Positions 58,776 to 64,000 of a stretch of 64,000 bases of DNA are shown one piece after another. The notes beneath the pieces were generated by a model. The model had not been told where the DNA came from. It ran no database searches and saw only the letters and a list, made by a program, of their open reading frames with translations. The translations under genes were made by a program, and so were the position numbers. The stretch spans positions 256,001-320,000 of the forward strand of contig JAWLHY010000002.1 in assembly GCA_041690135.1 (NCBI GenBank), written 5' to 3'. Within the stretch, counting starts at the first letter, position 1. The number at the start of each line of letters is the position of its first letter. Origin of the DNA: Armatimonadota bacterium (GTDB lineage Bacteria; Armatimonadota; SYMT01).

Positions 58776-59516
58776 TCAAGGATACCGGAAGCGACCGGTG
58801 ATCTTCACATGGGGCAGCAGGTCTTCCTGGGTGGCCTGACCCGCGTTGTGGATGATCAGCGGCCGGCCCTCGCGGGTGCGGACGTTGGACACCACGCCGC
58901 AGTGCCCCAGCCCGTTGGAGAGGTCGCAATAGACCAGGTCGCCGGGCTTCCAGGTGGCCGCGGCTTCTCCCTCCCATTCCAGCGGCAGCGCCTTGCCGAA
59001 GCGACGGAGAAAGGTCATGTGGTTGGGCGTGCGGCGGTGGTCGATGTTGCGGTCCGGCCGGCGGAGGCCGTACTTCTTCGGGTAGAGCCGGAAGTTGCGG
59101 CGCATGTCTTCGTGGATCAGCTTCTGCAGGTCGTAATCGGCATGCCGGAGGGCCCGGACCACCACGTCCGTGCAGGCGCCCCGGTCCGCGGGGACGTCGC
59201 CGCCGGGGTATTCCAGGCTCACATAGGAGGCATCGTAGGTGACCCCGCGCCGCACCTCCAGCTTGGCGCCGTTCACGATCTTCTCGGCGGCCGTCGTGGG
59301 GTTCGTGATCAGCGCCAGGGGATCCGGACCGAAGCCGAGGCGCGGCCACGACGGCGGGGGATTTGCGGGCGTATCCGTCTGCGTCCGGGGAGAGCACCCC
59401 GCCAGGTGCAGCAAAAGGAGCAGCGGAAGCAGGCGCCTTCGCGGGATCCGGTTGAGCCGTCCGGCGGCCGGTGGGAGGGAGTTCCTGGTGTTGGAAGGCT
59501 GGGAGGGATGCAGCAT
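58776..59516 (-). CDS. DUF1287 (YijF-like) lipoprotein
   Basis: Lipobox LAGC; YDASY..LEYPGGDVP...GACTDVVVRA, NIDHRR, HNAG. Confidence 0.9.
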   Translation of the reverse strand: MLHPSQPSNTRNSLPPAAGRLNRIPRRRLLPLLLLLHLAGCSPRTQTDTPANPPPSWPRLGFGPDPLALITNPTTAAEKIVNGAKLEVRRGVTYDASYVSLEYPGGDVPADRGACTDVVVRALRHADYDLQKLIHEDMRRNFRLYPKKYGLRRPDRNIDHRRTPNHMTFLRRFGKALPLEWEGEAAATWKPGDLVYCDLSNGLGHCGVVSNVRTREGRPLIIHNAGQATQEDLLPHVKITGRFRYP

Positions 59517-59619
59517 CAGCCGGATTGGGAATCGACGGTCGAACCCCTGCTTACGCTGGGGCTGGCCTGGTGGTTACACCTTCCAACGCTGAGAGTGACG
59601 AAGACGGTACGGTCTGCGC

Positions 59620-60969
59620 TCACCAGAGATTCTTCCCAGCCACGAGGTCTCCGAGGCTGTTCCGGGTGAGTGCGTAGGGAACGCCGCCGGGTTTCCGGGC
59701 GCGCATCCGGCTGGTGGCCGGGAGCCCACCGTTGTCCTGGCAGTCCGGACCTACGCTGTACAGCACGAAGTCCGCGCCCCGGCGCCGGTAACGGCACGGT
59801 TTTCCCGGCGCGAACGGATCAGCCGGGACGCGGGTCAGGTAGCGTGGAACAAGCTCTTCCAGCTTATCCGGATAGCGCCCGTGCTCCGTGCGGTACGCGT
59901 GGAGAGCGTGCCCCAGACGGACCAGATGGTTTTGGGCCTCTGTTTTGAGTGCCGCAAACCAACCCGGGTTCGGTGATGGGATCAGTTGCTCCGTCAGTGG
60001 ATCAGCCGGAGCCGGAAACGTGTTGCTTCCCCACCGAATGCGCTTTGCCAGTTCAATTGCCTGATCCATGGCGGTGGTGTAGTCGTTCAGGACCTGGGCT
60101 TTACCGCGGGTCTGTATCTGGTAGACAAGCAGCCACTGACCGCCGGTCTGCGGCCAGTGGGTTACGGAGCGAATGGCGTGCTCCTGAAGAGTGCCGCGCC
60201 ACTTCCGATTTTGCAACTTCACCAGAAGCCAGGACTGCCCCGCTTGCTTGTCCCATTCGAGGGCCTGCCAGAAGGGGATCTGCTCCTCGCAAAGGCGTTC
60301 GATCCGGTAACCCGCGGCGCGCGCCTGTTCCGGGGTGAGGTTCGGCAGGTACTTCCAGAGGAGCGCTCGCGCAGCGGCCTGGTCCTGCGCTCCGTACAGC
60401 AATCCGATCAGGGCATTGCCACGCGGTACCCGCACCCCCATCTCGAGGGCTTCGAGGGAAGACGACACGGCGCCTTTCCAGTTGCGCCTGGCGGCATGGA
60501 CCTCGGCTTCCAGGCGGAGCAACCGGGAAAGCTCGCGGAACTGTCGCAGGTAATCAAAGTCGGGATCCTGTCCTGTGGTAAACGGGGCGTGGTATCCGTG
60601 TCGCAACCCTTCGCGCGTTAACCCAAGGACGGCATGCTGTGCGCGGAGAAGCGCTTCCTTCTCCGCCAGGGTGAGTTTCACCGAAGGGTCGGAGGTGGAC
60701 GAGGGGTAGAGCCCATCCGGCACCGCAGCCGTGATTCGCCGCCGGTCGTCCGAGGTCAGCCGGCCCGCCGCCTCCAGCCAGAAATCGTGCGCGTTCGGGT
60801 TGGGCAGGCTGGGGGTGGCGGCCCGCAGCGTAGGCGGGGCATCCAGCCAGCTCCGCCAGAGCGTGAAGAGAACCAGGCAAGTGAAGAAGGAAAGCAGGAG
60901 CGCGTAGGCTACCACCTGACGCGAGCTCCTTCGCTTTCCGGAAGATTGAAGGGTATCCATTGTTGTCAT
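59620..60969 (-). CDS. membrane-anchored helical protein with GspG-like C-terminal motif (paralog 1)
   Basis: N-terminal TM, PNPNA motif, L..Y...HG.YP..L..LVP.YL...P.DPF...YSVGPD. Confidence 0.75.
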   Translation of the reverse strand: MTTMDTLQSSGKRRSSRQVVAYALLLSFFTCLVLFTLWRSWLDAPPTLRAATPSLPNPNAHDFWLEAAGRLTSDDRRRITAAVPDGLYPSSTSDPSVKLTLAEKEALLRAQHAVLGLTREGLRHGYHAPFTTGQDPDFDYLRQFRELSRLLRLEAEVHAARRNWKGAVSSSLEALEMGVRVPRGNALIGLLYGAQDQAAARALLWKYLPNLTPEQARAAGYRIERLCEEQIPFWQALEWDKQAGQSWLLVKLQNRKWRGTLQEHAIRSVTHWPQTGGQWLLVYQIQTRGKAQVLNDYTTAMDQAIELAKRIRWGSNTFPAPADPLTEQLIPSPNPGWFAALKTEAQNHLVRLGHALHAYRTEHGRYPDKLEELVPRYLTRVPADPFAPGKPCRYRRRGADFVLYSVGPDCQDNGGLPATSRMRARKPGGVPYALTRNSLGDLVAGKNLW

Positions 60970-61011
60970 TGCCTGCTGTAGGAGGTGCCGAAGGCTGAAG
61001 GATGAAAACTG

Positions 61012-61086
61012 AGCACCCGAACACCTGACTACCCGAACACCTGACTACCTGACGACCGGCGGACGGGACGTCCGCGCCCCTTTGGC
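61012..61086. repeat. ACACCTGA/CTACCTGA microrepeat plus REP-like hairpin, duplicated at about 62575-62670
   Basis: Short tandem 8-9-mers followed by GCGGACG-GGA-CGTCCGC, downstream of both paralog 2 and paralog 3. Confidence 0.7.
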
Positions 61087-62430
61087 CTACAGCACATTTA
61101 CCCCCGCCACGATGTCTCCAGTGCTGTCCGCCACCACCATGTGCCGGACGGCGGGGTCGGCGCTGGCGCGTTTGCCCCGGACGGGGCGCCCGCCGTCGTC
61201 GGCGGCATCGGGGCCGATGCTGTAGAGGAGCGGACGTCCGCGTTCGACGCGGTACCGGACCCTGCCATCCGGCGCGAACGCGTCTTCCGGAAGCGCCTTC
61301 AGGTAGTGGGGTACCAGTGCCGAAAGAGCGCGGGGCGGCTGTCCCTGCTCGGCCTGATAGGCCCGGAGGGCGAGGGACAGCAGCAGGAGGTCGTTGAGCA
61401 CTTCGCTCTTGGTCATGGTGAACTGAACCCGTTCATATCTGGGTACGACCATCCGCACCAGAGCGTTTGCCGGAAGGGGCACGGGAGCGGAACGCTTTGC
61501 ATACGGCGCTCGGGCGTGCGCGATGGAACGGTCCATGTACGCCGAAAACTCGTTGACCAGGGTGCCTTTACTGGTCGTGACCAGGTGCGCCAGGGTGGTT
61601 GGGTTCCTGGGGGCTATCGGTTGGCCTGCGTCAATCATCGCCTTCGTGTAGCGTTCCTGCCAGTCCGGGCAGCGCATGATTTCCAGCAGGCCGGTCAGGG
61701 TGGCCCACTTCTCTTCTTCTAGAGTGCGCCAGTAGGGAAAACGCTCCTTTCGGATGCGCTCCAGGCGTTGAACCGCGGTATGAGCTTCCGAACCGGAGAG
61801 ATGCTCGGCAATCTCCCAGGAATCTTTCCTGGCGATTGTCTGGATGGCAGCACCGACGAGGGCGCTAATGAGGGTGTTGCCCTCTGCAGCCCTGGCGCCC
61901 ATCTGGATACTGTCCAGGCTGCTCTCCATTGCGCCCGCCCAGTTGCCCCGCGCCGCCCGCACCTGTTCTTCCAGCCGCAGAACCAGCGAGAGTTCGCGGA
62001 AGCGGGCAAGGTGGGGATAAATGCGGGGGAATGAACGTGCAGGGGGCTCTCCGTAAGAGTGTTCGAGGCCCGCTCGTAGGCGTGCGAGTGCGGGCGCATA
62101 CTGACGAACCAGTTCCGCGCGCATTGCCTCCGATGTCTGCTTCGCCTGGCGCGGGTTGTATGTAGGGACTTTCAGGTTCGCCCAGAGAGCGTCCGCCACA
62201 GCTTGCGATCGGCCTGCCGGCATCTGTTCCGTGGCGGACCGGAAGTCGTCGAACGCATTCGGGCTGGGTAGCGTGCGCCGAGGGATGCTTACGGTTGGCG
62301 TGGCGTCCCGCCAGTGGATGCCCAGCGTCAAGCCCCCCAACAGGGTCAAAATGGTCACCGGGATAATCGCCTCTGCTCGTTGTGAGCCTATCCGGTGCTC
62401 TTCGGTGTGCAGGGTATCCGTGGCTGCCAT
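61087..62430 (-). CDS. membrane-anchored helical protein (paralog 2)
   Basis: RBS GAGGAGGAGG; same motifs as paralog 1. Confidence 0.8.
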   Translation of the reverse strand: MAATDTLHTEEHRIGSQRAEAIIPVTILTLLGGLTLGIHWRDATPTVSIPRRTLPSPNAFDDFRSATEQMPAGRSQAVADALWANLKVPTYNPRQAKQTSEAMRAELVRQYAPALARLRAGLEHSYGEPPARSFPRIYPHLARFRELSLVLRLEEQVRAARGNWAGAMESSLDSIQMGARAAEGNTLISALVGAAIQTIARKDSWEIAEHLSGSEAHTAVQRLERIRKERFPYWRTLEEEKWATLTGLLEIMRCPDWQERYTKAMIDAGQPIAPRNPTTLAHLVTTSKGTLVNEFSAYMDRSIAHARAPYAKRSAPVPLPANALVRMVVPRYERVQFTMTKSEVLNDLLLLSLALRAYQAEQGQPPRALSALVPHYLKALPEDAFAPDGRVRYRVERGRPLLYSIGPDAADDGGRPVRGKRASADPAVRHMVVADSTGDIVAGVNVL

Positions 62431-62670
62431 CCACCTCCTCCTCGCAAAGGACACGGAAGAGACGGCAAAATCCTTACTCCCGTTACGCGAGGCCTTTCAA
62501 CACCACCGGGTGCACGTCACAAGCCCCCAGTACCGCCATCCGAGGAGCCTTCATACAGCCAGCAACCCTCCGCATGCCCGAACACCTGGTGACCGCATGC
62601 CCGAACACCAGAACACCTGACTACCTGAACACCTGACGACCGGCGGACGGGACGTCCGCGCTCCTTTGGC

Positions 62671-64000
62671 CTACTGGATATTCACCCCCGCCACGATGTC
62701 TCCGGTGCTGTCCGCCTCCACCATGTGCCGGACGGCGGGGTCGGCGCTGGTGCGTTTGCCCCGGACGGGGCGCCCGCCGTCGTCGGTGGCATCGGGGCCG
62801 ATGCTGTAGAGGAGCGGACGTCCGCGTTCGACCCGGTACCGGAACTTGCCATCGGGCGCGAACGGGTCCTCCGGCAGCGCCTTCAGGTAGCGGGGCACCA
62901 ATGCCGAGAGGGCGCGGGGCGGCTGTCCCTGCTCGGCCTGATAGGCGCGCAGGGCGAGGGAGAGCAGCAGCAGGTCGTTGAGCACCTCGCTTTTCACCGA
63001 GGCGAAGTGGGCCTGCTCGAACACCGGAACGATCACGCTGACCAGGGAATTTGTGGGAAGCGCTATCGGCGCCGGTCGCGCGGCATACGGTACTTTGGCG
63101 CGGCTAATGGACCGGTCCATATAGTTCGAATACTCGTTGACCAGGGTGCTCTTGCTGGTGGCCATCAGGCGGAGCATGAGGCCCCAGTCCGCCGTTGTGC
63201 CCGGTCCCATGGCCAGCAGGTACTGCCGGTACCAATCCGGCCGGCGCATGATCTCCAGCAATCCGGCCTGTACCATCCACTTCTCTTCCTCGAGCGTGCG
63301 CCAGTAGGGAAAACGTTCTTCCCGTATCCGCGCGAGCCGTTGGATGGCGGCGCGCGCTTCCGGTCCGGAAAGGTGTCCTGCGATCTCCCAGGTATCCTTC
63401 CGGCCGATGGATTGGATGGCGATACCCACCAGCTGGCCGATCATTACGCCGCCATGGGGGATTTTCGCACCGAGGTGGAGGTTGTCCAGGCTGCTCTCCA
63501 TGGCGCCCGACCAATCTCCCTGCCTGGCCCGCACCTGTCCTTCCAGGCGCAGGACCCGGGCGAGGTCGCGAAACTGGGCGAAGTGGGGGTAAGTGTGGGT
63601 GAATGACCGCGCGGGAGGCTCCAGGTAGGGGTGATCCAGGCCCTTGCGAAGTTGCTCGAGCGCAGGGACGTATTGGCGGACCAGCTCCGCGCGTTCCGCC
63701 TCGGAGGGCTTCTTCTCCCGCGGCTTGTACGAGGGAATCTTGAGGTTGGCCCAAAGTGCGTCCGCCGCGGCCTTTGTTTGGCCCGCCGGGATTTTCTCCG
63801 TGGCGGCCTGGAAATCGTCGAAGGCGTTCGGGCTGGGAAGAGTGGGCTGGGGAATCGTCACCACCGGAGTGACGTTCAAGAAATGGACCCCAAGCATCAG
63901 AACCAGCACCAGAACGAGGCCGCAGGCTCCTAGCGCCAGGCCCAGCGCTCGTTTTGAGCCTCCCCGCTTCCCCTCTGGGTGCAGGCCATCCGATACCCCC
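62671..64000 (-). CDS. membrane-anchored helical protein (paralog 3, 5' end outside window)
   Basis: Frame is open to the window end; 3' region is nearly identical to paralog 2. Confidence 0.8.
   Translation of the reverse strand, partial: GVSDGLHPEGKRGGSKRALGLALGACGLVLVLVLMLGVHFLNVTPVVTIPQPTLPSPNAFDDFQAATEKIPAGQTKAAADALWANLKIPSYKPREKKPSEAERAELVRQYVPALEQLRKGLDHPYLEPPARSFTHTYPHFAQFRDLARVLRLEGQVRARQGDWSGAMESSLDNLHLGAKIPHGGVMIGQLVGIAIQSIGRKDTWEIAGHLSGPEARAAIQRLARIREERFPYWRTLEEEKWMVQAGLLEIMRRPDWYRQYLLAMGPGTTADWGLMLRLMATSKSTLVNEYSNYMDRSISRAKVPYAARPAPIALPTNSLVSVIVPVFEQAHFASVKSEVLNDLLLLSLALRAYQAEQGQPPRALSALVPRYLKALPEDPFAPDGKFRYRVERGRPLLYSIGPDATDDGGRPVRGKRTSADPAVRHMVEADSTGDIVAGVNIQ

Noticed and set aside
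57937-59397. 486-aa ORF as listed in the track
   Set aside because: Its N-terminal part overlaps the DUF1287 gene in another frame; the recognisable DUF4058 protein starts at 58719.
61012-61055. CRISPR array (also considered for 48967-48990, 49012-49151 and 62575-62637)
   Set aside because: Units are 6-19 nt without regular unique spacers, and no cas genes are present.
61087-62990. DGR template/variable repeat pair in the duplicated 3' ends
   Set aside because: Both copies are in-frame gene ends and the mismatches are not adenine-specific.

Overview
GC-rich bacterial window, probably Armatimonadota or a similar lineage (inferred from gene content). The left end is housekeeping: BtpA/SgcQ, lon-clpX-clpP-tig and tRNA-Lys/Leu/Gly. 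It is followed by a fused antitoxin-RelE-like gene, a c-di-AMP (ydaO) riboswitch with terminator controlling a KamA-family radical SAM/aminotransferase/DAACS operon, an orphan infC with an ATA start, twin STAS-PAS-GAF-PP2C phosphatases with a degenerate RsbW-like gene, and assorted secreted, hydrolase and DUF genes. The main highlight is 43.1-52.6 kb, all on the + strand: promoter, an apparently circularly permuted tRNA-like Y RNA, a compact canonical-looking Y RNA, Ro60/TROVE, then 50 bp later a retron msr-msd ncRNA, an LVIVD+ARM protein, a SWIM-BRCT protein and a retron reverse transcriptase. This is a type XIII-like retron whose ncRNA lies about 5.7 kb upstream of its RT and abuts a Ro60-Y RNA module. 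The right end holds xylA, DUF4058, DUF1287 and three tandem membrane-anchored paralogs. All calls come from reading motifs by eye; no database searches were run.
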